DNA of 64,000 nt from Hydrurus foetidus (GCA_900617105.1 UYFQ01000839.1:124001-188000), one strand, 5' to 3'; counted from the first letter of the stretch, positions 1 to 11,296 are shown. Notes: a model not told the origin generated them from the sequence alone. Numbers and translations are program-made.

Positions 1-1363
1 CCAGCAGGTTGGTCTGGAAGGCGATCTCGTCGATGACGCCGATGATCTGGCTGATCGACTGCGAGGACTTCTCGATCTGGCCCATGGCGTCGACGGCGCT
101 GCGGACCACGACGCTGGAGCGTTCGGCGTCGGCGCGGGTCGAGCCGACAACCCGCGAGGCTTCGACGGCGCCGGCCGACGAGCGCTTCACCGTGGCGGTG
201 ATTTCGTCCAGGGCGGCGGCGGTTTCTTCCAGGCTGGCGGCCTGCTGCTCGGTGCGACGCGACAGGTCGTCAGAGGCCGAGGCGATCTCGTCGGCGCCGG
301 CGCCGATGCTGCTGGCGGCGTGCACGATGGTGCGCATCGCCTCTTCCATCTGCGAGATCGACTCGTTGAAGTCGGACTGCAGGCGCTTGTAGGCGTCCGG
401 GAACTCCTGGTCGACGCGATAGGTCAGGTCGCCTTCGGCCAGCTTGTTGAGGCCCGTGGCGAGGTTTTCCATGACGAAGGCCTGCTCGCGGGCGGCCGCG
501 TCGGCGGCTTCCTGGTTGCGGCGGCGTTCGGCGTCGGTCTCGGCCGACAGGCGCTGCTGGTTGGCTTCGGCGGTGCGCAGGGCCAGGGCGTTATCCTTGA
601 ACACCTGGACCGAGCGGGCCATGGCGCCGACCTCGTCCTTGCGCTGGGCGCCGACCACGTCGACATCCACCGAACCCAGGGCCAGGGTTTCCATGGTCTT
701 GGACAGGTTGTTCAGCGGGGCGGAGATCTTGGAGCGGCCGATCCAGATGGCGAACAGCATGGCGATACCGGCGCTGATCACGCCGAACAGAACGCTGACG
801 AGAGTGCCCGTCTCAGCTGCCTTCTCGGCCTCGGCGACCATTACCTCGGTGGCGGCGGAATGGTCGTTCGTCCACTTGCTGACATCTTTGCCGAGGCTTG
901 CAATATCGGGATCGATCACGGCCATGACCATGATCGCGGCTTCATCGGCGTCCATCATGGCCAGGTCGGCGCCCTGACGGGCGCTGGAATAGATCTTTTC
1001 CAGACGAAGGCCGAAATCGGCCAGGGTCTTGGCGGCGTCGGGATCGGCCTTCTTGGTGGCGGCCAGGCGTTCCTTGGCCTCCTTGTAGGCCACGTCCATC
1101 TCCGCGCTGGCGGCCTGGGCTTCCGCCGAGCTGCCGGTGTTGGACACGGTGCGATAGGCCGCATAGCCGATCGTCATGATTCGCCGGTTGAAGCGCGAGG
1201 CTTCCAGCTCCGCCGGCGCGCGCTGTTCCACCAGAATCTTGGTCGCGATCTGCGACTGCTTGGCCTGCCAGGCGCCCATGCCGACGATGGCCAGGGCCAC
1301 CACGGTCAGGATCACGGCCGGCAAGGCCACCTTGGTCGAAATCTTCAGATCATCGAATTTCAT
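1..1363 (-). CDS. methyl-accepting chemotaxis protein (3' end beyond window)
   Basis: Manual minus-strand translation: MKFDDLKISTKVALPAVILTVVALAIVGMG..., two TM segments, HAMP, then [22 protein letters not shown] and [15 protein letters not shown]; alternative ATG at 1375. Confidence 0.93.
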   Translation of the reverse strand, partial: MKFDDLKISTKVALPAVILTVVALAIVGMGAWQAKQSQIATKILVEQRAPAELEASRFNRRIMTIGYAAYRTVSNTGSSAEAQAASAEMDVAYKEAKERLAATKKADPDAAKTLADFGLRLEKIYSSARQGADLAMMDADEAAIMVMAVIDPDIASLGKDVSKWTNDHSAATEVMVAEAEKAAETGTLVSVLFGVISAGIAMLFAIWIGRSKISAPLNNLSKTMETLALGSVDVDVVGAQRKDEVGAMARSVQVFKDNALALRTAEANQQRLSAETDAERRRNQEAADAAAREQAFVMENLATGLNKLAEGDLTYRVDQEFPDAYKRLQSDFNESISQMEEAMRTIVHAASSIGAGADEIASASDDLSRRTEQQAASLEETAAALDEITATVKRSSAGAVEASRVVGSTRADAERSSVVVRSAVDAMGQIEKSSQSISQIIGVIDEIAFQTNLL

Positions 1364-1437
1364 CGCTAGCCCCATGTCCTCAACGCCCGCCAATCGAAAG
1401 AAGGCGTCGGTTCTTGGGACCAGAAGGCGCGCGGGCA

Positions 1438-1453
1438 GTAAAAACGCGGTTAA
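1438..1453 (-). promoter_or_regulatory. CtrA-like site upstream of mcp
   Basis: Minus strand TTAA-CCGCGTT-TTTAC, one mismatch to TTAA-N7-TTAAC; GAATC at 1460-1464. Confidence 0.5.
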
Positions 1454-1498
1454 TTCCCGGAATCTGCGGTGATCATCGCGACAAGATGCCCCAGATCG

Positions 1499-2430
1499 CT
1501 ACTCATAATGAGGATGGGCCTTGGCATAGGCGGCCATCAGGCCGGCGGCGTCGACCTGGGTATAGCGCTGGGTGGTCGACAGCGAGGCATGGCCCAGCAG
1601 TTCCTGGATCGAGCGCAGGTCTGCGCCGGCCCCCAGCAGGTGGGTCGCGAAGGCGTGGCGCAGGGCGTGTGGCGTCACCCGGTCAGACAGCCCCAGACGG
1701 CCGCGCAGGATCTGCACCGAAGCCTGGACATGGCGCGGCGACAGCGGGCCGCCACGCTTGGCGCGGAACAGCGGCTCGTCTGGCGACAGCACGAAGGGCA
1801 GGGCGGCGAGATAGAGGTTGATCGCCTCGCGCACGGCGTCCAGCACCGGCACGATCCGGGTCTTGCCGCCCTTGCCGGTGATGCGCAGGGTTTCGCTCAG
1901 GGGCGCGTCGCGACGCAGCAGGGACAGCCCCTCGGAGATGCGCAGGCCGCAGCCCCAGAGCAGGGTCAGCACCGCCTCGTCGCGGGCCACTTCCCAGTCG
2001 TCGCGGTCGGGGCCATCGCCAGATGCGGACCCGATCTCATGGATCAGGCCGTGGCCTGGTCCACGGTGACCGGGCGCGGCAGGCCAACCTTCAGCCGCGG
2101 GCCGCGCACCAGCGCGATCTGGGGGTTGGGCGTGTCCAGCCGCTGGTCGAGGAAGCGGTGGAAGGCGCGGATCGACGACAGGCTTTGACAGCGAGCGCGG
2201 GCCAGGGCATCCCGCCGCTGCGGCGGAAGCCAGATAGGCGCGAAGCTCGGCGCCGTGATCACCCCAGGCGGTCAGCGTCACCGTCTCGCCGCGATGGCGC
2301 TCCAGAAAGTTCAGATAGGCCAGGACGTTGTCGCCATAGGCCCGCACGGTGCGCGGCGAGGCGCGCGCGCTCGTGCTCCAGATGGTCGTGCCAGGAGGGC
2401 CTGGCGGCCGCTCGTCACAGGTGAGGTCAC
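1499..2430 (-). CDS. xerC: tyrosine recombinase XerC (frameshifted in this assembly)
   Basis: GLRISE, LRITGKGGKTRIVP, TPHALRHAFATHLL, IQELLGHASLSTTQRYT; N-terminal part spread over several frames; GTG start overlaps the DUF484 stop. Confidence 0.9.
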
Positions 2431-3097
2431 AGAACGGGCCAGCGCTCGGCGGTGCGCTCGACCACCCGGGCCAGGAAGGCCACCAGCTCGGAGCCCATGT
2501 CGGGGGTGAAGGCCTCGGGGTCGGACGAGCCGAACGCCAGGATGCCCTGCCGCGAAGGCTCCCACAGGGCCATGCGGACCATGGCCATGCTGCGGATGTG
2601 ATCCAGCTTGTCGCCGAACAGGCCGAGCGCCGGAGCATAGAAGCCCATGCGCGCCACGGCGTGGTCGCCCATCAGCATGTCGATCTGGCCGTTTATCAAG
2701 GCGTGCCAGCCGGCCGGCCGGGACCTTCCAGGGCGATGACGCCCGTGGTCAGGGAAAAGCGCAGATTGGCCATTTCGTCGACGCGACGCGCCAGGTCGGA
2801 ATGGTTGCGGGCGTCCAGCAGGTCGATGACCGCGGCGTGGGTCTGGGCCTGGGCCGAGAAATTGGCGCGGGCGGTGTCCTCGATCTCGCGGCGGACCACG
2901 GCTTCGCGCTTGTGGGCGGCGGAGGCGCGGGCCAGGGCGGCAGGGCCAAAGTCGATGATATTGCCGCCGTCGACCCGCAGGCCCAGCTCGCCCAGCAGGC
3001 CGCTGTCGTCGCGCAGGAAGTCAGGCTCATCGCGCAGGAAGGCGCGGACGACCTCGGGATCGACGGGCTTCATCAAGGCTTGGGTCGCGTCGCTCAT
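2427..3097 (-). CDS. DUF484-family GAF-like protein (frameshifted)
   Basis: VRAFLRDEPDFL...GGNIIDFG, then GILAFGSSDPEAFTPDMGSELVAFLARVVE; usual position upstream of xerC. Confidence 0.8.
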
Positions 3098-3233
3098 CGT
3101 CGGTCTTCTCCGCCCCACGGCAAATCCACTCAGAGACGAGGCATCAAACCCCATATCGGTTAACGCCGGCTTGCGGCCCGCGACGATGCTTGATCTCGAC
3201 CCGGAGAGACTTTCACGGCAGAAGCTCTTTTCC

Positions 3234-4127
3234 ATGCCGCGCATCGCTTCTGTCCTTCTGCCCATGCCGCTGCCGGAGGCGTTCGACTATGCCGAGCCCG
3301 AGGGGCTGGGCCTGGCGATCGGCGACCATGTGACCGTGCCCCTGGGGCCCCGCGTGATTCGCGGCGTGGTCACCGCCCTGCGCGACGGGACCGGCGGCAA
3401 CCGGCCGCTGAAGCTTCTGGAAAAGCTCGATGCCGTGCCGCCCGGCGGCGACCTATTCGGTCGATGTGCCCGGCTGGCCGCTGGCCATGGCCCTGCGCGG
3501 CCTGCGCCATCCGCCGCCCAAGCCCGACAAGGTGCTGGTGCTCACCGGCTCGCAGCCCGTGCGCATGACGCCGGCCCGGCTCAAGGTGCTGGCGGCGGCC
3601 CAAGGCGGACCGATGTCGGGCGCGGCCCTGGCCAATCTGGCGGGGGTCTCGGCCGGCGTCGTGAAGGGCCTGGTCGATGAAGGCGCGCTGGCCGTCGACT
3701 ATGTCGAGGCTGACAAGAGCTTCCCCGCCCCGACCTGTCGCTGCCGCCCCAGTCGCTGAACGCCAGCCAGCAGGCCTGCGCCGACGTGCTGGGCGAAATG
3801 CTGGGGCAGGGCGGCTTCCAGGCGGCGCTGCTGGACGGGGTCACCGGCTCGGGCAAGACTGAGGTCTATCTGGAGGCCGTCGCCGCCGCCCTGGCCGAGG
3901 ATCCCGAGAGCCAGGTCCTGATCCTGCTGCCTGAAATCGCCCTGACCCAGGCGGTGATGAGCCGCTTCGAGGCGCGGTTCGGCGCGGCCGCGGCCGAGTG
4001 GCATTCCGGCGTCGCCCCGCCCAAACGCCGGCGCGTCTGGGAAGGCGTGGCCAGCGGCCAGGCGCGGATCGTGGTCGGGGCCCGCTCGGCCCTGTTCCTG
4101 CCGTTCCGCAAGCTGCGGCTGATCGTG

Positions 4128-4162
<35 letters not shown>

Positions 4163-5359
4163 AGAGGGCTTCATCTATCAGGCCCGCGACCTGGCCGTGG
4201 CCCGCGCCAAGATCGAGGGCGCGCTGGTGGTGCTGGCCTCGGCCACGCCCTCGCTGGAGAGCCTGTTCAACGCCCAGAGCGGTCGCTACCGCTGGCTACG
4301 GCTGAGCGCCCGGCACGGGGCGGCGCAGTTGCCCGACATCAGCCTGATCGACCTGCGCGAGACCCCGCCCGAGCCCGGCCGCTGGCTGTCGCCGCCGCTG
4401 ATCAAGGCCATGACCGTGACCCTGGCGCGCGGCGAGCAGTCGATGCTGTTCCTCAACCGCCGGGGCTATGCGCCGCTGGTGCTGTGCAGTCATGCGGCGA
4501 GAAGATGAAATCGCCCGACACCGACAGCTGGCTGGTCGAGCACCGCTATACCGGGCGTCTGGTCTGTCACCTGACCGGCTTCTCGATGAAGAAGCCCGAG
4601 GCCTGCCCGGCCTGCGGCGCCAGGGACAGCCTGGTGTCGATCGGCCCAGGGGTCGAGCGGGTGGAGGAGGAGGCGCGCTTCCTGTTTCCGACCGCGCGGA
4701 TCGCGGTGTTCTCGTCCGACACGGTGATGGACGCCGCCGGCGCGCGGGCCCTGGTCGAGACCATGGCGGCCGGCGAGATCGACATCCTGGTGGCCACCCA
4801 GGCCGCCGCCAAGGGCCACAATTTCCCCAACCTGACCCTGGTGGGCGTGGTCGACGCCGACCTGTCCCTGCGCGGCGGCGACCTGCGGGCCGGCGAGCGG
4901 ACCTTCCAGTTGCTGGCCCAGGCGGCCGGCCGGGCTGAGCGGCACGAAAAGCCAGGGCGGGCCATGCTGCAGACCTACGCCCGACCATGCCGTGCTGCAG
5001 GCCCTGAAGGCCCAGGACCGCGACGCCTTTGTCGAGGCGGAACTGCGGATGCGCGAAGAGGCGGGCCTGCCGCCGTTCGGACGGCTGGCGGCGGTGATCG
5101 CCTCGGGCCCCGATAGTGCGGCCCTGGACGCCTATGTCGAGGCCCTGGCCGCGGTGATCCCCAATGCCGAAGGGGTGGAGGTGTTCGGCCCCGCCGACGC
5201 GCCGCTGGCCCTGGTGCGCGGGCGGCGGCGCAAGCGGTTCCTGGTGCGGGCCGATCGCACGTGGACCTGCAGGGCTTCATGTCGGCCTGGCGGGCGCGGG
5301 CCAAGGTCCCGAACTCGGTGCGGGTCGTGATCGACATCGACCCCTACAGCTTCCTCTAG
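3234..5359 (+). CDS. priA: primosomal protein N' helicase (frameshifted)
   Basis: [47 protein letters not shown], Zn-finger [24 protein letters not shown]-terminal IDIDPYSFL. Confidence 0.95.
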
Positions 5360-5364
5360 ACACC

Positions 5365-5394
5365 AAAACGCCCCGGACCTTTCGGGCCGGGGCG
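5365..5394 (-). terminator. intrinsic terminator downstream of terC-family gene
   Basis: Minus strand CGCCCCGGCCC-GAAA-GGTCCGGGGCG followed by TTTT. Confidence 0.7.
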
Positions 5395-5422
5395 CTGGGC
5401 AGACTAGCGAACGGCTGCGGGG

Positions 5423-6223
5423 TTAGTGCTCCCCGCCAGCCGCCTTCTTTTTCGCGGAGGCTCGACGGGACATCATGTTGAGCCCCTCGACCACGGCCGA
5501 GAACGCCATGGCGGTATAGATGTAGCCCTTGGGCACGTGCATGCCGAAGGACTCGGCGATCAGAACCGTGCCGATCATCAGCAGGAAGCCCAGGGCCAGC
5601 ATCACCACGGTCGGGTTGTTGTTGATGAAGTTGGCCAGCGGATCGGCGGCCAGCAGCATCACCGTCACGGCGACCAGCACGGCGATGACCATGATCGGCA
5701 GATGCTCGGTCATGCCGACGGCCGTCAGGATCGAGTCGATCGAGAACACCAGGTCCAGCAGGATGATCTGGAAGATCGCCGAGCCGACATTGGAGATCGC
5801 CGCCCCGGTCTTGTCGAGGACGTCGTGGCTTTCCTGGTTGGGGTCGACCGTGTGGTGGATTTCCTTGGTCGCCTTCCAGATCAGGAACAGGCCGCCGGCC
5901 AGCAGGATCAGGTCACGCCAGGAGAAGGCCGTCTCGAACGACGGCTCGCCGTGCGGACCCACCGGACCCACGATGCCCAGGTCGAACACCGGATGCACCA
6001 GGCCGACGATGAAGGCGATGGTCGACAGCAGCACCAGACGCATGATCAGGGCCAGCGAGATGCCGATGCGGCGCACGCGTTGGCGATGCTCGGGCGCCAG
6101 CTTGTTGGAGAGAATGGAAATGAAAATCAGGTTGTCGATGCCGAGCACGACTTCCATGACGATCAAGGTGACCAGGGCGGCCCAGGCGGCCGGGTCGGTA
6201 GCGAGGCTAAGGAGTTCGTTCAT
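5423..6223 (-). CDS. TerC-family integral membrane protein
   Basis: [42 protein letters not shown] motifs; about 7 TM segments. Confidence 0.92.
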   Translation of the reverse strand: MNELLSLATDPAAWAALVTLIVMEVVLGIDNLIFISILSNKLAPEHRQRVRRIGISLALIMRLVLLSTIAFIVGLVHPVFDLGIVGPVGPHGEPSFETAFSWRDLILLAGGLFLIWKATKEIHHTVDPNQESHDVLDKTGAAISNVGSAIFQIILLDLVFSIDSILTAVGMTEHLPIMVIAVLVAVTVMLLAADPLANFINNNPTVVMLALGFLLMIGTVLIAESFGMHVPKGYIYTAMAFSAVVEGLNMMSRRASAKKKAAGGEH

Positions 6224-6338
6224 CGTCCTGTTCTAAATCTGTTGTCTGGAAAAGCGTCTCGACCCACCCCTCCGTGGGCCCCGTCCATGCAAGGAACGTG
6301 ACGGAAGCCCCCAGGCTTCGCCAAACTGGACCTGAAGT

Positions 6339-7433
6339 ATGCCCGACGCCGCAAATATCAAGCCCTTAACCGCGCTTCGGTTCTTCGCCGCCTTCTGGGT
6401 GGTGTTGTTCCACTATTGGCCCAACCTGGCGGTCGGCTTCACGCCAGCGGTTGCGACCAAGGGCTATCTTGGCGTCGAGGCCTTCTTCACCCTGTCGGGC
6501 TTCATCCTCTGCCACGTCTATCTGCAGGGCTTTGGCCAGGGGCGGTTCCGCTATGGCGACTTCCTGTGGAACCGGCTGGCGCGGGTCTATCCGCTGCATC
6601 TGGCCACCCTGGCGGGCGTGGGTCTGATGGCCGCCCTGGCCAGCCTGGCGGGCATCGTGGTGGGTCACAACATCGTCTCGTGGGACGCCCTGCCGGCCAA
6701 TCTGCTGCTGGTCCATGCCTGGGGCTTTGCGCCGGTATCGGGCTGGAACCATGCCTCCTGGTCGATCTCGGCCGAATGGTTCGCCTATCTCAGCTTCCCC
6801 GCCTTCGCCTTCGTCGCCTGGAGGCTGCGCAGGCGGCCGTTCGTGGCCGTGGCCCTGGCCCTGGCCTTGATCGCGGTGCTCTATCCCGCCTTCGAGCGCC
6901 TGGCCGGTTTCCCGCTGACGGAAGCGACCATCAAGTGGGGGGCGCTGCGCATTGTCCCGTGCTTTGCCTATGGCTGCGCCCTGCACGCCCTGTGGCGTTC
7001 GGGGGCGATCCCGGGGCGACTCGCCGCGCCCGGCGCGGTGGTCATGGGCGCCCTGGTTCTGGGCGCCGTTCACCTTGGCGCCCCCGATCCGGTCATTGTT
7101 GCGGTGCTGGGCGGCCTGATTTTAATGCTGGCCAGCCTGGCCGCTACCGGCTCGACCTTCGCCAGCCAAAGCATCTTCGTCTATCTGGGCGAGATCAGCT
7201 ATTCGACCTACATGATCTGCATTCCGTGGAAGATCGTTTCGGTCAATGCAGCAACGAAAATTCTGGGTATCGAGGGCGAGCAATTGCCCCTGCAGATCTG
7301 GCTGGCCATTGTCGCAGCGCTGATCCCGCTCTCGGCCGCATCCTATCATCTGATCGAAAAGCCGGCCCGCGAGCACATGAAATCTTGGGCTCAACGCCGC
7401 GCCCAGCGGCGACCGGTCGCGGCCGGCGCCTGA
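6339..7433 (+). CDS. acyltransferase-3 (OafA-like) membrane O-acyltransferase
   Basis: LTALRFFAA, GVEAFFTLSGFIL, RLARVYP, SWSISAEW, LGEISYSTY, YHLIEKP. Confidence 0.9.
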   Translation: MPDAANIKPLTALRFFAAFWVVLFHYWPNLAVGFTPAVATKGYLGVEAFFTLSGFILCHVYLQGFGQGRFRYGDFLWNRLARVYPLHLATLAGVGLMAALASLAGIVVGHNIVSWDALPANLLLVHAWGFAPVSGWNHASWSISAEWFAYLSFPAFAFVAWRLRRRPFVAVALALALIAVLYPAFERLAGFPLTEATIKWGALRIVPCFAYGCALHALWRSGAIPGRLAAPGAVVMGALVLGAVHLGAPDPVIVAVLGGLILMLASLAATGSTFASQSIFVYLGEISYSTYMICIPWKIVSVNAATKILGIEGEQLPLQIWLAIVAALIPLSAASYHLIEKPAREHMKSWAQRRAQRRPVAAGA

Positions 7434-7503
7434 GAAACACTCTTTTCATAGGTCTCTGGCAAGGTTACTGCTTGGCCAAGTGACACGGGGGAGTGCCCAC
7501 AGC

Positions 7504-8229
7504 ATGACGAAACGGACGAGAACCCTCTGGGGTTCCATCGCCGCTGCCGCCATGATCAGCCTGATGCCGGTTTCCGGCGCAGTGGCTGACGGGTACTGGC
7601 AGTGCGTTCCGTTTGCGCGTCTGATGTCTGGCATTCAAATCTTCGGCGACGCCCGCACCTGGTGGGGCCAGGCCGCTGGCCACTACGACACCGGCTCGAC
7701 GCCGAAGATCGGCTCGGTCCTGTCCTTCAAGCCCACCGGCCGCATGAACCTGGGCCACGTCGCCTTCGTCAGCCAGGTGCTGACCGATCGCGTCATCCAG
7801 GTGACCCACGCCAACTGGTCGGTGATGAACGGCGCCCGCGGCCAGGTCGAACAGGACGTCACCGTGGTCGACGTCTCGCCGGCCGGCGACTGGACCCAGG
7901 TCAAGGTCTGGTACGATCCGATCCGCGATCTGGGCACCACGGTCTATCCGACCCACGGCTTCATCTATCAGAACGCCCAGGCCACCAAGATCGCCGTGGC
8001 GACCAGCAAGCTGGCCCTGGCCCAGGACGCCGCCGTTTCGCTGGCCAAGTCCGCCGCCAACCAGGTGGCCGCCTCGGTTCGCGCCTCGCCGCTGGACATC
8101 ATCAACCAGGCCGCCGACTCCACCGACCGGATCGCCGCCCTGATCGCCGCCGCTTCGGGCGGCCGTCCGAAGACGAGAAGCCTGCCGTACCCCGCTAGGC
8201 TTCGGCGCTCCAGTCAGCGCCGAGATTGA
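7504..8229 (+). CDS. secreted CHAP-domain protein
   Basis: Signal peptide, WQCVPFAR, GDARTWW, GHVAFV, HANW; last ~20 codons may be out of frame. Confidence 0.88.
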   Translation: MTKRTRTLWGSIAAAAMISLMPVSGAVADGYWQCVPFARLMSGIQIFGDARTWWGQAAGHYDTGSTPKIGSVLSFKPTGRMNLGHVAFVSQVLTDRVIQVTHANWSVMNGARGQVEQDVTVVDVSPAGDWTQVKVWYDPIRDLGTTVYPTHGFIYQNAQATKIAVATSKLALAQDAAVSLAKSAANQVAASVRASPLDIINQAADSTDRIAALIAAASGGRPKTRSLPYPARLRRSSQRRD

Positions 8230-8280
8230 CGCGAGCCATGCGCTGGGTCATTCCCGGCGGGTGACGAGGCTCGCCGATCC

Positions 8281-9240
8281 ATGCTGAGAATTCTGCGCCG
8301 TGGCGCGCCGGGCTTCGAGACCGGCGACGCGGGCCGCGACTGGCGGCTACCCGACGACGCCGTCTGGATCGAGCTTGTCGATCCCTCACGCGCCGAGGAG
8401 GTGGCGGTTGAACAGGCCGTCGGCGTCCTGCTGCCCACCCGCGAGGAGATGGCCGAGATCGAGGCCTCTTCGCGCCTCTATCAGGAGGACGGCGGCACCT
8501 TCATGACCGCCACCGTCCTGGTCAATGCCGACGGCGATCTGCCGACCGCCGCGCCGGTGACCTTCGTTCTGGTCGGCCAGCGCCTGATCACGATCCGCTA
8601 TGTCGAGCCGCGCGCCTTCTCGGTGTTCGCCGCCCAGGCCGAGCGCCAGCCCAGCCTGTGCCCCAACGGCCCGCAGACCTTCCTTGGCCTGCTCGACGCC
8701 GTCGTCGACCGCACCGCCGACATTCTCGAGCGCACCGCCAGCGAGGTCGAGGCCCAGTCGCGGGCCATCTTCAGCCGTCCGCGCGGCGGCGCCTTCGAGC
8801 AGATCCTCAACCGCCTGGGCCGCGCCCAGAACATCAACGCCAAGGCCCGCGACAGCCTGGTCAGCCTGGCCCGCCTGCTCAGCTTCGCGTCCCTGGCCGA
8901 GCAGTTCGAGGGCGACCGCGAGCTGCGCGACCACCTCAAGTCCCTGCAGCGCGACGTGCAGTCGATCACCGACCATTCCAGCTATGTGTCGAGCAACATC
9001 ACCTTCCTGCTCGACGCGGCCCTGGGCCTGATCAACATCGAGCAGAACGCGATCTTCAAGATCTTCTCGGTGTTCTCGGCGGTATTTCTGCCGCCGACCC
9101 TGATCGCCGGGGTCTATGGGATGAACTTCGAGCACATGCCCGAGCTGCGGTGGATGGAGGGCTATCCCATGGCCCTGGGCATGATGTTCGCCGCCGGCAT
9201 CGGGCCGTTGTTGTGGTTCAAACGCAAGGGCTGGCTGTAG
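8281..9240 (+). CDS. corA: CorA-family Mg2+/Co2+ transporter
   Basis: FLPPTLIAGVYGMNFEHMPEL signature and two C-terminal TM helices. Confidence 0.93.
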   Translation: MLRILRRGAPGFETGDAGRDWRLPDDAVWIELVDPSRAEEVAVEQAVGVLLPTREEMAEIEASSRLYQEDGGTFMTATVLVNADGDLPTAAPVTFVLVGQRLITIRYVEPRAFSVFAAQAERQPSLCPNGPQTFLGLLDAVVDRTADILERTASEVEAQSRAIFSRPRGGAFEQILNRLGRAQNINAKARDSLVSLARLLSFASLAEQFEGDRELRDHLKSLQRDVQSITDHSSYVSSNITFLLDAALGLINIEQNAIFKIFSVFSAVFLPPTLIAGVYGMNFEHMPELRWMEGYPMALGMMFAAGIGPLLWFKRKGWL

Positions 9241-10091
9241 CCGGGCAGCGCATCGGCGCCAGGAAATCCTCCACCCGGGACACGAACCATGCGCCCTGGT
9301 CGTGGTGGATGTAGTGGCCGCCAGCCGGGGCCGTCAGGTGACGCGATCCGGGGTAGCGGGCGGCCAGGTCGACCTGGGCGGCCTTCCAGAGCGCGTCGAA
9401 GGGCTTGGCGTTGGGCCCGACCGGATGCGACAGCACCAGAACGGGCTGGGCCAGCGGTCGGGCGACGGCGGCGACCTGGGCCATGGTGTCGTCCAGGCCC
9501 GCCACCTCGGCGCGCGCGCCCTTGGGCATCAAGCGCGCCAGGACCGGGGGGATGACGCACAGGGGCAGCTTCGCCGCCTGGCAGCGGCGGGTGAAGTCCG
9601 CCGGCCGGGAATCCTCCAGGATCAGTCCCGCCACCTCGCCGGGATGGCGGGCCGCGAAATATTCGGCGTAGAGCCCGCCCAGCGAGTGGCCGGCGACGAC
9701 ATAGGGCCCTTTCACGCCCGAGGCCTTGAGCAGGCCGACCAGCTCGCGATCCGCTGCGGCGGCGTCGCGGATGGCGGCGGCCGGTCCGCTGCCGCCATAG
9801 CCGGCCCGGTCATAGACGATGACCGTGGCGCGCTTGGCGAGGTCCGGCGCGACGGCCTTGAACGAGTCCATGCCGTCGCCCAGGCCCGAGATCAGGACCA
9901 GGTCGGACCGCCATGTCCCAGGACCCGATAGGCCACCGCGTGACCGTCGACCTGCGCGGTTCGGACATCCGCGGCGGCGGCGTGGCGCCGTGCAGGTCCA
10001 GCGTCGCGCCGGCCAGCCAGGCGGCGCCCAGCAGCGGCAGGCCCCGACGCAGGAGCCGCCTGAAGTCTTTGCAGAGGTCGGCGCCTAGCAT
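9218..10091 (-). CDS. secreted alpha/beta hydrolase (frameshifted near 5' end)
   Basis: YDRAGYGGS, GHSLGG nucleophile motif, GGHYIH; N-terminal signal-like segment; ATG overlaps the upstream stop. Confidence 0.85.
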
Positions 10092-10504
10092 GCCGGCCCC
10101 CGGACCGAGGCGAGCGCGCCCTTGGAACGGAGCATCCGCGCGGCCAGATAGCCGGCCGCCACGACATCGAAGGTCAGACAGAACATCGGCCACCAGCTCG
10201 GCGCGCCGGCATTGGCGATCAGGCGCGGATGGAAAAGGTCGAGGACGCCATGCCCGAGCAGGGCGGCGGCTACCAGCCAGAGGTTTGTTCTGAACCCGAT
10301 CACCGCGATGGCGGTGAAGGCGCAAAGGATCGCGACCTCCACGACCAATGTATCCAGCGCGCCGGCCATGATCGCGAAGAGCGCGTAGTAGCCGGCGATC
10401 ACGGTGAGGACCACGGGATAGAACCCGCGCTCCCGATCGAACCCGACCATCGTGCCGAACACGCCGACGCCGAGGGCCAGCAGCGCCCCCACGAGATATT
10501 CCAT
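10085..10504 (-). CDS. small integral membrane protein of unknown function
   Basis: MEYLVGALLALGVGVFGTMVGFDRERGFYPVV...LLGHGVLDLFH...WWPMFCLTFD; GGAG RBS; 4-5 TM segments. Confidence 0.75.
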   Translation of the reverse strand: MEYLVGALLALGVGVFGTMVGFDRERGFYPVVLTVIAGYYALFAIMAGALDTLVVEVAILCAFTAIAVIGFRTNLWLVAAALLGHGVLDLFHPRLIANAGAPSWWPMFCLTFDVVAAGYLAARMLRSKGALASVRGPAC

Positions 10505-10530
10505 ATCCGTTCTCCGTAGTGGCGCTGGGG

Positions 10531-11037
10531 TCAGCCCAGAAGGTTTTCGGTCGAACCCGCCAGCAGTACAAGGAAGCCGCCGATTTCGCCGATCATCAGG
10601 GCGTAAATGAACAGACTGATGACGCCCCCATGCACCGGGCGCCGGCCAAGACGGTGGGGACGGCGCAGCTGGTTGTCGGTGTCGCGCAGGACCCCGTGTA
10701 CGGCGTAGGTCGCCACTGCGGCGGCGAAGAAGGCCACCGGCACGGCGACCGCCGCGAGGTTGACGCCGGTCGGCCAGGCGCTGAGGCGGGCGAACTCGGC
10801 CAGGACCAGACAGGCGAAGGCGTACATCAACGCCGCGCGATGGCAGATATCGACATAGGCAGGCGCCTGCCCGTCGGGGTCGGTGATCATCGCGCGATAC
10901 TTCCAGGCCCCGGTCGCCAGGCCCGTGAGGAAGAAGCCGCCGCACGCCAGATCGGCCAGTTGAACGGCGTCTACCATGTGGCGGTCCTTCGCCGGACCCG
11001 CGCCGTCGGTGTTCCAGTCATTGTCGTCAAATCCCAT
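10531..11037 (-). CDS. 4-TM membrane protein of unknown function
   Basis: GLATGAWKYRAM...YVDICHRAALMYAFA...YAVHGVLRDTDNQL...GEIGGF; alternative start at 10977. Confidence 0.75.
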   Translation of the reverse strand: MGFDDNDWNTDGAGPAKDRHMVDAVQLADLACGGFFLTGLATGAWKYRAMITDPDGQAPAYVDICHRAALMYAFACLVLAEFARLSAWPTGVNLAAVAVPVAFFAAAVATYAVHGVLRDTDNQLRRPHRLGRRPVHGGVISLFIYALMIGEIGGFLVLLAGSTENLLG

Positions 11038-11077
11038 CGACGGCGCGGATGCGCGGGGCAGGGTGACCCTCGCCGGG

Positions 11078-11221
11078 TCAGTTGGCGCAGTTGGATTGGG
11101 GCGTGCAGACGCAGGCGTCGCCGCACTGGCATTGGGGGCCGCACGCGCAGGTCGGATTGGAGCAGGCGCCCTGGGCGCTGGCTTGCCGGGCGGCGGTTTC
11201 GGTTTGGGTCTGGTCGTTCAT
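11078..11221 (-). CDS. 47-aa Cys-rich metallothionein-like peptide (below the ORF-track cutoff)
   Basis: Manual translation MNDQTQTETAARQASAQGACSNPTCACGPQCQCGDACVCTPQSNCAN*; 8 Cys with three CxC motifs; GAAGGA RBS 8 nt before the ATG; mostly G/C third positions. Confidence 0.8.
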   Translation of the reverse strand: MNDQTQTETAARQASAQGACSNPTCACGPQCQCGDACVCTPQSNCAN

Positions 11222-11296
11222 CGGGCTGTCCTTCACAGGGGTTGAGGAATGCTCGAGGTCTATCGGCCGCGCGCCGCAGCGGCTTGAACGCAGCAG

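Noticed and set aside
1499..2430. Phage or island integrase
   Set aside because: Motifs and the DUF484/priA context fit housekeeping XerC; no att sites or mobile cargo seen.
6224..6338. yybP-ykoY Mn2+ riboswitch upstream of the terC-family gene
   Set aside because: No GGGGAGTAG / CAATAC / GAGAC arrangement fitting the motif on the minus strand; a cmscan would settle it.
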